DNA of 64,000 bases from contig NC_088858.1 in assembly GCF_963853765.1 (NCBI RefSeq), positions 8,680,001-8,744,000 on the forward strand, in the 5' to 3' direction. Positions within the stretch are counted from its first letter, which is position 1. Each line of letters starts with the position of its first letter. Below are positions 1-13,468 of the stretch, piece after piece. The stretch comes from Magallana gigas (lineage: Eukaryota). The position numbers and the translations under genes are program-made. The notes beneath the pieces are model-generated. The model had not been told where the DNA came from, ran no database searches, and worked only from the letters and a program-made list of their open reading frames with translations.

Positions 1-600
1 AGTACAAATGTATTAAATCTTAGAAAATCTTCTTCTCTACTCCCATATATATTTGTTAAAAACTAAATGCATGATTATGATGTCCATGAGGCCCTCTATC
101 AAAATTGTGAAATTCATGACCCCTGGGTCAGGGGTTCAGGCTCTAGGGTGGGGCCAATATGGCCATATAGTAAAAATGTATTAAACCTTAAAAAATCTTT
201 TCTACTCCCACACATGTGGGCAAAAAACTGAATACATGGTTATGATATCCACAATCTCCTTTACCTAAATTGTGAAATTCATGGCCCCTGGGTCAGGGGT
301 TCAGGACATGAAGGGGGGGGGCAATATAGCAATATAGTGTTAATAATATATAATGTTTAAAAATTTTCTTCTCTATTCTCACACATCTGTATAAAAAAAC
401 TGACTAATAATTATGTTTACCAGGAAGTCCTCTACTGAAATTTTAATTTTCATGTCCCCCTCAAGGATGGGTTTTGACTCTAGGGCAGGGCCAAAATGGA
501 TGTATAGATGTTAATGCATATAATGCTAAAAAATTATTTTATTTACTCCCACACACCTGAAAGGAAAACTGAATTCATGATTTTGTAGACCAGATCTTTT
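1..600. repeat. ~166-168 bp tandem satellite, about 3.5 progressively degenerate monomers, Cg170-like
   Basis: ATGTATTAAA at 8 and 176; CCCTGGGTCAGGGGTTCAGG at 121 and 286; TTCTCTACTCCCA-like motif recurs each unit. Resemblance to the Pacific oyster Cg170/166-bp satellite is from memory, not from a search. Confidence 0.85.
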
Positions 601-783
601 AGTTTTTCACCAAAATAATAGGTTTCACAGTTCTTTTTGAAATGTGGTCGTCATTACAAATTATATTTTTTTTACTTCAGTATGAAACCTAATTAATTAG
701 ATGCATATATGAGACTCCATGACAAGTTTGTGTATGGGATATATGCTACTCAGGTGACCGTTAAGGCCAATTGGCCTCTTGTT
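1..783 (+). mobile_element. Right end of a non-autonomous Helentron-type (HINE-like) element carrying the satellite array
   Basis: Ends in ACTCAGGTGACCGTTAAGGCCAATTGGCCTCTTGTT (748-783), with the 14-bp palindrome AGGCCAATTGGCCT (764-777) next to a T-rich target. The same terminal motif occurs in reverse at 46437-46480. Class assignment is from known oyster HINE structure. Confidence 0.65.
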
Positions 784-1234
784 ATTATTTGCAATGCTGC
801 AAGAATGCATTTCTAATGATAAAATAAAATTTGAGTGCCAGTCGTTGAGTTTTAAGCAAGATACAGGGCTCACAATTCTTCGTCGTGTAAACAAGGCTCG
901 TGCCCTGTTTTTGTTTACATGTGTTCAATATACCAGTAAAAATCTTTTTAAAGCTGGTTTCTCTATCTTATTATTCATTTTAAGCATAAATAAACAGTTC
1001 CTAACGATTAACACATTTATTTTAGGTCTAAAACTGGAATATTCACTTCAACATTCGAAATGTAAACAAACGCTTTGTTTACATAGCGAAAAATTGTAAG
1101 CTCTGTAACTCGCTTATATCTCATCAAACGACACTCAAATTTTGGTTGCTTATTAAAAATGCCTTACTGAAGCATTGTAAACATTAAAATCAAAAAAATA
1201 ATTTTTGACCAAAATCGTGACCATGCCCCTTTAA
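784..1234 (+). mobile_element. Kolobok-like (TTAA) non-autonomous DNA transposon, right part; left part displaced by the HINE insertion
   Basis: Ends TCGTGACCATGCCCCT+TTAA (to 1234), the reverse complement of the TTAA+AGGGGCATGGTCACGA start at 53642. Internal sequence (ACAAGGCTCGTGCCCTGTTTTTGTTTACAT, GGTCTAAAACTGGA) is shared with 53700-53960. Confidence 0.8.
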
Positions 1235-4200
1235 CAGAGCTGCGCTATGTAATACTGCTTTTTGGGGTAACCATACAAAAACAAATCATACCTTTACAGG
1301 TATATATATTCATATACATGTGCATTTAATTTTTCCAACATTGTAAACTTTTTGTATGGTGCACGTGGCGACAAACCTTCAAAATTGACAACTGAATTAT
1401 GAAAACTAATGTGAATGATAATATGAATACAGCATTTCACTAATTTTTCTTTTTTATTAGTTTTGTCCAGACAAAAGCAAAACACAGACGTTATCAATAT
1501 AACGAAATGATACGAACAAAGGAGGAAGGAAGTTGTCACCAGAGAATGACTACATCTGTGTCTGACGTCTGTGCATCTTATAGAGGAAGTCCTGCACACT
1601 TTCAAAATGTCATTGGAATAAGTTATTATCAACTATCATACATCGATGTGTCATAAAACCTCAAATCACGTGGTATTCTAATATGGAGTTTGTACAGACC
1701 TATTACCTGTAACTCAGCTTTACAAAATGAAATAAGTTAAGAAATCTTTCAACATAGGTATAATGACTCTTCTACTGAATGATCAGGATGCAGAAAAATA
1801 CCGTATTGAAAAATCACTTTTTCGCGTGACTTAAAAACACAGGGTTAGATTGACGACTTCCCAAGAGCAGAGTATCTTTCTAGACTCTCTACGGAGGGAT
1901 CGAAATGACTGACCACCAACATATAACTTCAAATGCAGTGATGGATAGGTACTGTATTAAATTGATCGCCGTCCAATCGTAACTCTTCTCTGACTAACGT
2001 AACGTGATGTCCTTAAATTGCTCGTCGGTGGTCGGCCAATGGTAGATTGGGACGTATTGGGAGTTATTGAGCAATAGTTGTCCGTCACCAAAGGGCGGGG
2101 TCATTAAGTGTATTTTTTATATACAAAACCCGTCGTTCTCTATATATGTCTTTTACACTCCTTTACGTGTTCTCCACGCCAGTATGCAATCTGAGATCAA
2201 CTACTTATGGTTTTGATATGAAAAGATGGTTTTTGCAACATATTCTAGACAAGTTTTTAATATGCAAAAAATAAAAAAAGGATGAAACTGTCGATTTGAT
2301 GTATCTATATACTCCTGCGTATTCATGTTAAACCCATCGGAGTGGCTCATGCTTTTGGCGTGTTGTGCAATAATGACTGAAGACCTAGATTTAAAACGGT
2401 AAACCACAAACAAGAAATTAAATGACATATACATTTACAAATGTAAGAAAACAGACAGTTGTTTGAAATTTAAAAAAAGATTGATTTTTGCTTCAAAGAG
2501 TTTAATATGTTTCAACAAATAATTGGATCATTTAAAAAACAACCTAAAATGCTCGGACAGTATTCTGCTGTGGTCAATGGACAATGAAACTATTTTCGGG
2601 CTAGCAGAATAATTCCTATGGTCAAACAGTCCACGTGATGTTTAGTGCACGATGGAGCATTTCATGGATGACGTAAATGTCTATGCTTGATCACATGATG
2701 ATGATGAGACATGACAAATATTAGTCTGGACGATAGTGGGCAAACGGCCCTTTGTTCCGCCTTAAACGGGGGCGTAGTTAAGAACAGCCGGTTCCAGGTA
2801 TTATGCAGATCACAACCAGAGAAGAAAAATCAACACAATCGATCGATTAAGGAAAACCGTTTCTGAAAATTTATTATTCAAATTAATTATTGCGATAATT
2901 ACACATTTGCATAAAAACCTCTATAACTATTTCTACAAAATCGTTTGACAAAAATACAACTTGTACAATTACCAGCTAAAACGATTTAACTCTTTATATA
3001 ATGTGAATAAACAAAGTAACGGTAAACTGAATCGGAGCACACATGTGTAGGATCCCCAAGGCAGGGTAGTAGTCGTTATGTGGAACGTATACTGTTAGAT
3101 TACTTCAGATCGTGCTTGAACACAATCCCCAAATATGCATTCAGTTTAAAGCTAAAATTAATGTATTTAGAATGCATATGTATTTTGCAATACTTACATT
3201 TTCAAAAGTATATTACTCTATTTTTTATTTTGTCTGTGAATTAACCAGAACATTCAACAGTTTTACACCTTGCAAATGGATTAGACAAATTAATAACAAA
3301 AAAAATGCAAACAACAACTAAAAAACCGAAACTTATCACACCCAACAGGCTGCCAAAAACCCCACTATTTTTTATTTTATCTTTTTGCATTCAAATGTAT
3401 CAACTCTTGTTTTAAAACACAATCAATCTTACAATGGTACATCATTCAACTTTCCCTGATGTAAAATACGTTTAATTTATGTTCTGTCTTAATTTCATCA
3501 CAACTCTACACTCGTCTGTACATATCCCTCTGACTTATTGTACACACAGGGCCAGTCGTGTTTTTCTTGGGGGTGAACATAATTATAATTCAAGCCTTTA
3601 AACACGCTTACTTTCGCCTACAGAAAACTATATGCAAATTGGCTCAAGTTTTACGGTGCATTCACGCTGACAACTCCTTTGCACCATTATTGATATCATA
3701 AGCTTGGAAGGTTTACTTAATTAAGCCGCCTGCGGTCTGGTTGATTTGGTAAAGTCTGGCGTTTATTTACCAATATACGTATTATTATAAGAAAAATTGT
3801 TTCCATTTGACATCAGTAGCCATCGTTGTCTTATAAAGGAAACATCCAAGATTAGTGTAGGTTTTGTAACAATTTCATTGGAAGTGAGTTGAGTGCAAAT
3901 CGCATGTTCCGAGGTCAGGGTTACATTAAAAGGTCTATTTAAAGTCATAGGTCCAGTGAATCTGTATACTAGTATGACAGCAACATTCTATAATTTGTAA
4001 TGAACCGTTCAATCGAAAACAAAACTTCACAATAAAATAGATAAATATATACACTCTATTTCTGTCCTAGCTGTGCTAAAAATCTTGGTTGATTGATTTA
4101 TGACTTCAGATTGAACAAAAAAATACGTCGTACACACTAATCATATTGAATATGGCGTAAATGTTTATCACTCCACATATGCATTATGAATTTTAAAGGA

Positions 4201-7200
4201 TTTCTGTAGAACATGTTTTGAACTTCAAAGTTCAAAAAGACTATTGTTTACCACTCTGAAAAAAGCTCTTTTGGAACATCCGACGCAATATCTCTCTAAG
4301 ACAGCTTGGATAGCCAAATTATCATAAGATTAAACCATTTCCCACTGTGATAATATTTTTCTCTTAAACTCTTTTTGAAATTAGATGGGTAACATTGAAA
4401 ATGAATTATATGTACAGATCTGTTATATGTTCGTCAAAGATGAAGCGTAAGTATTGTGCTATAATGAGAGAGAGACTGAGAGAGAGAGAGAGAGAGGGCG
4501 CACCATTTTTAGCTGTATGTCACAGAACGAACCCTTAACATTATGGTGGTTCACACTGTACCAATTATAACCATTTCGGGACGGGTGAGTCTAAATGCAG
4601 TATAACCTAGCAAAACTATAATGTTACACTCAATTTTGTAAATACAAGTACATTCTCTGGAAATAAATAAACATAATCCTAATCGATACGTGTCTGATTA
4701 ATTACACCTGGTACGAGAGACGACACAGTGCAATGCATGTACATCGTACATATTGCGCAACACAAATCAAGATCCATTATCAAAGACCAAAAATCTCCGC
4801 TTTATCTTAATACATGCAGAGTTGTTGTTTTCGTCTGAATTCACGACTGGCTAGAAGGAATAACAGAACATCAGTACTTTGTCCCCGGGAGACAATAAAA
4901 GATATATGTGGAAGATAAGTATACAGGTGGCCCCGTGCTATCTTGTTAAACCACTCAGTTCATAATAGACAAATCGAGTCATTCGGACATTCCTCATATA
5001 AAATTTTTGTACTGTGAAATTAACATAAAACCCGCACGAAAAATGGGAGATGGCTACATTATTGCAGCTAGAACCATATATGAAACAATGAATTGAAACG
5101 CGAACAATTATTAAAAGCAAAATAGAAAGAAAAGGCATTGTACCAGAATAAAAACACACTTAATAATGTCCAACAAACAGACAACACTATAAGTACACTA
5201 TTAGTCCGGATCCACATTCTTATCCTTTTATAAGATTTACTCGTTAGCCAATCATTTCAACACAAGCATTGCATAATTGTTCATCATGAAATGAGGACTT
5301 CATGAATGAATCGTATAGAACGTTTAAAGAAGTTTTTATGATGCCTTACATTTTTACAAGATTTACAATGTATCAATTCAACTTTCAGCAAGCAATGGAT
5401 TCATGTTTTCTAAATGTTGTACATGCATTGATCTACACGGGGTTTTTCACTCGATCTACAAAAATCTCGTGAAAAGGTTGGCAAAAATATAAACTGTTGT
5501 TGTTCCAACAATGAAAATACACAAAAACGTGTGTACAAAAAGTCTAGAGTGTGTTTTTTTCGCGGTCTGATGTCAAGCGGATTCCTGGCTGACAAGAAAG
5601 AGGTGTGTCTAATGTCCTTAACTTTGTGTCTAAATAAAACGAATGATATTCATCATTCAAATTAAATTCCAATGTTAGGTAAAGTACACGATGTTTTATA
5701 TTGAATTATAAATAAAAAGATTTTAAAAGTTTTTGTTCTATGCATACATCATTCGACTTTTACAAGTGAATAAATAAAATGCATGTATTGAAAAAAAAAG
5801 ACATAAGAATGTCTTTTATGGTAAAATCGGTCGACTACCATTTGTAAAATGTTCATAGAAAGAAAATAGACCGGTTTCTTTATATATTGACAGTGAATAC
5901 TACTTTCTAAATCGCTCGAAATATCTTTGATGGATAAATGATACAAACAAGTCTTAGTTATCAATCTACAAATTTAAACATATCTACTCGCACCTAACCT
6001 GCAAAAAGGCAATTGCATTGTCTAATCAAAATAATAGTCAAGTACTAATGTTTATTATAAAAAAAATTCAATGTAAAGCTTGCTATAAATTTCAATCATG
6101 TGACTTTTTGTGTCATGCATGAATGAAAAATGTATTGCAAAATGTATAGAGTATATGCCGCTTGTAAAAATACCATCGTTATCATTCACGTATCTTTGGA
6201 ATCATTATAATTGTATGCAAAGATACGTTTATATATTGCGTGAAACTATAGAATCGTTTATTGGCCATCAGTGACGTTTTTCACAACAGAGGTTGCAATG
6301 TTAGATGGCTTCTTTACACATTTCATTGGCAAGCATGTGTTATATGTTATTTACATGTCATAGACTCCCAACAAGTTCACTTTCAGAGTAGATGAATGCC
6401 AACAACAAAACTAGGGATTCAAAGGCCCAAGCTTTAATTATTCTTGTATTAATTAAGAAATGTGGGATGACGTGTCATATTTTTTATTTTGTAATTCCGT
6501 ACACACCTTGTACATGCTGAATATTAAGTACTCTGCTTCAAAGAGTTGATGCTTTCTAACACAGCTGCGTCAATGGTGTGACCAAAATTCAAAACCAACG
6601 AATCCAAAGAATTCGCAAGTATTTTGACAACCACGGTATTTTGAAAACCACATTAATCAGGTGAATGAAGCAATGGTTACGTGGAAATAAAACGGTCTGT
6701 CTCGGGAGAAGGATCAGAACTAGGGTTAGGTCGTTGCATTCCAAAATGTTCCTCCGGCATTGCTTTCGTTTTAATATATGTACATATCATTTATACTTGA
6801 AAAAAAAATTGTGGCGATGATTCTTCGTTTTCTTGTGGAAAGGTTTTTATGTGGTCAAGACTTTGACATGAGACGATTTACAGTGTATTTTTTGTCATGC
6901 TGTTTGATAAAGTGTGTACACAAATATGTAACAACAACATAAAAAGAGATAAATAATCTTACCATGTAGCCAGTAACTGCCAATTTTCGACGAGCTTATT
7001 GGCGTAATGAATTTTCTTGTTGTCGTAATTGTAAATAGGGAAATATTTACGGCAAAAAAAGGTAAAATGATACAATCAAATTTGTATCAAACTCGATTTC
7101 ATACTCCAAACATTTACATCCAAAACGCAAATGATAGCTTAAGAATGGATCAGTAAAGTTTCACTTTTTTCATGAACTAATGAGCCCAGACGCCAAGGAT

Positions 7201-7452
7201 TGTCGCTAGAGTAAACAGTTGACGGCGAATTCACTTCTACGAGTACAAAAAATAAACACTTTATCATCTTTAACGAAGTCAATCACACAATCACCCCCAT
7301 TTCCGATTTAATGAATTAGATATATGAATCATTATTTCGTATAAGAGCCAATATCTTATGAATTCAGGCGGTAATCTTGTGGAATTATCATTTTTAACGT
7401 GATTTACGTCTTCCAAAATTTAAAAGAAACAGGCGCACTTTTTCTGGTTTTC

Positions 7453-7456
<4 letters not shown>

Positions 7457-7524
<68 letters not shown>
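7457..7524. repeat. (AG)n microsatellite; others at ~4467-4496, 16063-16110, 34199-34242 (TC), 44643-44671, 55505-55610
   Basis: Directly visible dinucleotide runs. Confidence 0.95.
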
Positions 7525-7526
<2 letters not shown>

Positions 7527-9589
7527 AATTATTAACATTCTGATATTCATGTTCAATCATTTTTGTAAATTTTGGCGAGTGATATGCCTAGCACAATGTA
7601 CAACACACATGTCACCGTTTCACAGAGATGACATTAAGTGGCCGATATAGATAGAGGGTCTTTCAAAGGCTAATCAGAATTTGCACTGCACATGCACGAA
7701 CGATAAAATAAATGTATGTAAAACAACTTGATGTCTGCGAACAATGGTATTTATGTGCATTCATTGATATAGATCATTAGGAAGTAGATGTTCCATCATC
7801 GCTATGTACTTAGTTAATAATGACCCTGAATGTCCCTCTCCCTAAACTCCAGGCTGTGTTCATGGTTACACAAGCCTTTTATATATTAATGCAGAGCCTT
7901 ACATTTCTTCGTTAGCAATGTACTAATCTTATAGTCCCCTCGATTACAAAACTGAAGAATGCGACCACAGGGTTAACGAAGCGTGACCATTGTCAGATTT
8001 ATTGACCATGATAACGGAGTAATACACAGAAAACAGTATACAGTGTGGAGCTCATAATCACCCCACACTAGGGTCAGCGAACACAGAGTGACCATCGTCT
8101 GTCTACACAGGGGGAAATTTATGAAAACAACAACGGGGAAGGATAGAAAACCATCAGACAAAACAGCTCCGAAACCCTCAATGTCTTCATACCACATAAT
8201 ACTGATATAAATCTTTCAAATAACCGACCCCTAGTCTGTTTTCTTCTAATGAGCAATGATGGACACGAGTTTTTATGGCCACAAATAAGTTGTTTGTCCT
8301 CAAGCTGAAGCCGAACAATTGGAACAGCTGTTTTGTAAAGGTACTTGGTCTGTACACTTAATCCAAACGGGTAGCAAAAGTTGACAAAAGATAACTGAAT
8401 ACACTTGGATCTCGTTATGAAATGGATAAAGTGATCTACAATACTCTGCAACAGAGGTAATTTGTAGGATTTACGTACAACAAAAATTAACATCCAACAG
8501 AATTTAGATTAATTGACACACTCACACACACCATTCCTTGAAAACGTCATATGAATTATTGCTCGCATATAATGACAGAAATATTTAACTTAATTGCACA
8601 GCACAAATTAAGAAGACAGTCCATATTATTATTTCTTACCTGGTTTTAAAGTATTGCTCACTGGCTCAGATTCACAGAATACATGTGGACACAACAAGAA
8701 GAGAAGAAATATCGATAATCGTCCATAATTATCATAGGCTGGGGCCATGACAGGCGATAAGAGAAGTTGACTTTCAGACGTAAAATCCAAGAACTCTAGT
8801 CATCACTTAAGCACACGACACCCACCATAACCATTCTGTAGGTTACAAAATCAAACACGGGAATTATTGATGGCCGGTGTGTAAAGATGATCGGACAGTT
8901 ATATTTCCCCGTCGAATAATGACCAGTAGTTGGCATATAGTTAGCATGCGTGTTAAGTTTTGAGTAACCAAAAGGCAAAGTCGCGTGAAATAGCGTTATA
9001 TACAGAATTTACCTGGAGGCTATAGTAGTCGCTGTGTTACGCTTGGTTGCAGGTAGGTACGGCCAATACAGTTATACAGAGCTTTTCACCTGAGGATCCG
9101 CTGTTTTTCACTTTTAATCAGATGATATCATTTATATCGGATCTGACACAGGTAAAATACTATTTCGCCAAGTCACCAGGCTGCGTGTTATTCCGTCCCT
9201 TGACCAGCGTTAATGTCAATGTTAACCCGTTTAACTTGTTCGTTCAGAACTGACATCTATCACATTCTGGGTATTAGGATTACCCCTGGTCAATTACTTT
9301 GACCCATCTTTTACAGGTGTTAGAATGTATGAGAAAATGACAAATATACAATTATAGTTATGAAACACGGTTACGATTATTAATAAGTAGTAATGCAATT
9401 CTTATTTTCATGTGTAGGAAAATAGCGTAAAATGTCCAATATTTTAAAGAGACTGTAGCATATGCGCTTGTTTCTTTCATTACTGATATCATTAAATAGT
9501 AAATGTATAATGTATTGTAGCGTTCTACTTGTATATGAAACAAGCGCATATTGGCTCTATGGAAGGCAAACAGTATCAACTTATGCAAA

Positions 9590-10680
9590 CTACCATTTTA
9601 ATACATAACTATCAACTTTTCCCTGCATATTTAACTATTGACATCTTTTCTTCATAGTTAACTATTGACAACTTTCCTTCATACTTGACTACCATATTAT
9701 AATCAACTACTGACAGTTTTTTCTTCACACTTATATTATTGACAGTTTTCTTCATACATAACTATTGACAGTTTTTCTTAATACTTAATGTTTGACATCT
9801 TTTCTTCAAATACTTAAGTACTGGCATTTCTTCCTTATACTAACTACATGTATTGACTATTACCATCTTTTCATTATATTTATCTATTGACATTGACATC
9901 TTTTCTTCATACTTAACTATTGACTTCATACTTAACTACTGACATCTTTTCTTCATACTAACTATTGACATTATTCTTGATGTTAACTTTTGACAACTTT
10001 TATTCAAATTTATCTATTAATATATTCTCTTCATACATAACTGTTGACATCTTTTCTCAAATTCATCATTAACTATTGACATCTTTTCTAAATACTTAAC
10101 TATTGACGGTTTTTCTTTATACTTAATATTTAACATCTTTTCTTCAAATACTTAAGTACTGGCATTTCTTTCTTATACTAACTACATGTATTGACTATTG
10201 GCAACATTTCATTATATTTATCTATTGACATCTTTTCTTCATACTTAACTATTGACTTCATACTTAACTACTGACATCTTTTCTTCATACTAACTATTGA
10301 CATTATTCTTGATGTTAACTTTTGACATCTTTTATTCAAATTTATTTATTAACATATTCTTTTCATACTTAACTGTTGACATCTTTTCTTAAATTCATGA
10401 TTAAATATTGACATCTTTTCTAAATACTTAACTATTGACAAATTTCTTAATACTTAACTATAGACATCTTTTCTTCACTCTTAACCATTAACATATTTTC
10501 TTCACACTTAACTTTTGACATCTTTCTAAATACTTAACTATTAAGTAAACATCTTTCCTAAATACTTAACTTTTAAAATCCTTTCTTCTTACATAACCAT
10601 TGACATCTTATCATCATATTTACAATAAATATTATTTCTTCATAATCTACTATTGATATCTTGTCTTCATGCTTACCTTT
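9590..10680. repeat. Degenerate ~23-25 bp minisatellite (consensus ~CTTAACTATTGACATCTTTTCTTCATA) with a 338-bp higher-order duplication
   Basis: Dozens of AACTATTGACA variants. The unique variant block TACTTAAGTACTGGCATTTC...ACTACATGTATTGACTAT occurs at 9811 and 10149. Confidence 0.9.
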
Positions 10681-11166
10681 TGGTATTTTTTGCATTGCTT
10701 CAATTTTAAATCAAAAATGATTTCACTGGACTCCTCTTTATATGGAAATAAAACAATTTGTTGACATAATCAACCTAATTAAAGCTTTTTAATCTTTATA
10801 GTGTAATCCGATGGGAAAAAAAACAACGCATTATAACAAGAAATAATCTTTTTATTGAACCTAACCCCTTAGGGAAGTACATGGTAAAACCACTCTATTT
10901 TCTGTCACGGAAACAGACAATTTTAAAAACGTGCAAAATAATATATTTTTCTTATGCAACTATATTACGGTCTTGATATTGATATTGTCGAGAATAATAA
11001 TTGACATTGTGTAATTCCATAGAACGTTTGTTCCATTTGTTCGCAACAATTATCAACATCCTAAAATCTTGTTTATTGACTTATTTGAAAACCTCGTACA
11101 TTTTATCTTACTAAAAATGAAAATGAAAGCTTAGATATTTTTGACTCATAGTGTGTAATGTAACAA

Positions 11167-11421
11167 GGGTGTCCAAGTAGCGCTTGTGGACAATGGACTC
11201 GTATCTCACCGCTGCGACCCGAGTTCGATCATGATGATTGTTTGTACAATATAGGGTATGGCGGTCGCCCGCTTGTAGACGTAGGTTTTCTCCGGGTAGT
11301 TCCGCTTCCTCTCACTCCAATGGCCCCCTCGTGCCAACATCCGTGCCAAAAAGAGATATTAATATAAGTTGTAGAACTTGTTTATCAATTGTTTTAAACA
11401 AATAAGTTCAGTTTATACTTT
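11167..11421 (+). mobile_element. Degenerate tRNA-derived SINE
   Basis: tRNA-like head with B box GAGTTCGATC (11221), the central motif GGTTTTCTCCGGGTAGTTCCGCTTCCTC typical of invertebrate SINE cores, and an A/T-rich tail. Confidence 0.65.
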
Positions 11422-11446
11422 ATAATCAAATAATTCTCCATTTTAA

Positions 11447-11773
11447 GGTGGAATAACACATCTTCATAAAATGGCTAACTCTGATCGAAATTACATTTTG
11501 TTTTATTAAAAGGATTTTATCGCGACATATAACTTACCTCATGGCCGAGTGGATAAATTGTCGGGGTTATGATCCGTACATACCGAGTTCGAATCCCACA
11601 GGGGCTTTTGTTGTTACTTACTGAATTGATTTTTTTAAATATTCATTTTTTATTCCCAATTTGCAAATTTTTCACTTATTTGACTTATGTATAGTTTATT
11701 TATCATTATATCTTTCATAATCAAATAATTTACAGTTAATTTGAGTGACTTTTTCCAGGTGTGTTATTCCATC
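11447..11773. mobile_element. 327-bp MITE flanked by TTAA (Kolobok-like) containing a tRNA-like segment
   Basis: TTAA(11443-11446)+GGTGGAATAACAC ... GTGTTATTCCATC+TTAA(11774-11777): 13-bp TIR with 1 mismatch. Internal A box TGGCCGAGTGG and B box GAGTTCGAATCC at ~11542-11596. Confidence 0.75.
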
Positions 11774-13002
11774 TTAAAACAGTTTCTATTTCAAATTCAG
11801 AATAAATCCAAAAGATTCTTTTATATTAATTCTATTAGCAAGTGAATATGTACATGCATGTGAGTTTGTTTATTCACGAATGAGTAAAACCATCATACAC
11901 ACGTGTCTCTCTCTACAATTCATAATACAAAATCACTGCACTGTGTTTTCAGGACGGTGGCGGCAGTAACATATTCATTTAGTCTATCGATGTTTATAAA
12001 CATTAGTCTCATTGTTCATAACAAATTTGGAATTCCAAAACAGTCAATAAAAATTGGGAAAAACACAATGTTAATTTGTACGAACTTGACCTCAGCCGAC
12101 CAGTTTTTGAGTGATTAAACTCTCAGACAATAATGCAATACCAAGAAACTAAGAAACGTATGCATGCATCATTCCTTTTTTTACTTGGCATTTTTTTTTT
12201 TACATTCAATTTTTAAAAAAATGCTTTCGGTGTTTTATGGGGACATGAAGGTACTAGTAGCTAGCATCGCAAAAAAGAAATACGTAACCCAAATCAGCAA
12301 GCTTTAATTTTTTTCCTACCCCAAGCTTTGCTACCTTGGTATCTAGTATCAAATACCAAAAAGCGTCTTACCTTTTTATATTTACAACGACCTTTAAATC
12401 TTCACTTTGATTATTCATATAACGTAAGAAAATTTGTTAATTATTGCCAATCGGCACGTTCTGTTGAAGGAATAGCTAATTCTTCCATCTCTGAACCGTG
12501 CAGCCGATGGAGTTGTTCGCAATGCATGAAGCTAAAATTGATCGATCGCAAAATAATTCACACAAAATCAACATCAAAAGTATGTTAAAAAAGACATCAA
12601 TAAAAGATGTTTACAAACATTATCCATTAAAGGTAATTATATTATATGTCGATATCTATAAGATACAATTATTTAGGGCTACTATATAGTATCCAATTTA
12701 TTTAAAGAAGTTTTAAAATCAAAGGTTAATAGGGTACGTTTCAGTCTTTTCAGTCTTGTCAGTTTCTTTATAATTAAACCACTGCCGTTTTTTTTAAAAG
12801 AAGCATTCTTAGAGTATTGCATTAGCAATAAATGCGTGTCCCCTACCCCCCCCCCCCCCCCCAATTTTAAAACAATTGTCGTTTAATGTGCCAAATAGGT
12901 CTGGAGAAAATTCGGTTAAAGATTGTTTAAGACGAAACCGATTGGTTAGCAAAAAAACCAAGTCGTTTAAAAATAAGTTTTTCATCATCTGTGGATCTGA
13001 TA

Positions 13003-13468
13003 CAGAACTGTAGCTCGGCGGAAAATCTGGGTTTATTTATTAAACTAATTTAGGATTATATTTTGTGAATATTTTCGTACCAAAAAATATTCTGCTTTGT
13101 TTACTTGCTTTTAAACTGTGTCCTAAACATCCTAACCGACCTCGGAAAGTGAAGTATGTTAAATTAACGTCGGGACCAAAAGTCGCCACTTTTACCTGTA
13201 AACACACCACCATAGTTCACTTTACGGACAGTCCGACTGGTAAGGGTGTTGTTAAAAAATATTCAGAGGCAAGTAATGACATCTAAAGTAAAATGTGTTC
13301 CTGACAGGAATTCTTTTGGCATTAACATTTTCACAGAATATATTCCGTATTAGGGTAAGTCCAAAACAGTGTGCAACTATTTGTGCGCAATGAATTAATA
13401 AATTTGTATGGTTGGAACTGTAGCTCCGCCGTCCATCAACCCGAATATCCAGTGGAGCTACAGTTCTG
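13003..13468. mobile_element. 466-bp MITE, diverged relative of the element at 32483-33044
   Basis: Perfect 14-bp TIR CAGAACTGTAGCTC (13003-13016 / 13455-13468). The right end contains a 13-bp hairpin (13415-13427 / 13454-13466). Subterminal sequence (TAAGTCCAAA...TTTGTGCGC) resembles 32925-32960. Confidence 0.7.

Noticed and set aside
1509-1610. Possible minus-strand terminal exon (DFLYKMHRRQTQM*)
   Set aside because: I could not find compatible upstream exons or a recognisable domain.
1970-2105. Cluster of CCAAT/ATTGG boxes and a GC box (GGGCGGGG) resembling a promoter
   Set aside because: No linked exon or ORF identified; short motifs alone are insufficient.
7399-7650. ORFs with RERE or YIYI repeats (also 24233-24436 and 55372-55569)
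   Set aside because: Translation of (AG)n and (TA)n microsatellites.
7973-8493. Overlapping 74-aa and 124-aa minus-strand ORFs in slightly GC-richer sequence
   Set aside because: No motif and no consistent splice structure found.
9590-10680. CRISPR-like periodicity
   Set aside because: Units are contiguous and degenerate with no unique spacers, no cas genes, and the context is eukaryotic.
11537-11605. Functional tRNA gene
   Set aside because: Acceptor stem does not pair, the anticodon loop is atypical, there is no clear Pol III terminator context, and it lies inside a MITE.
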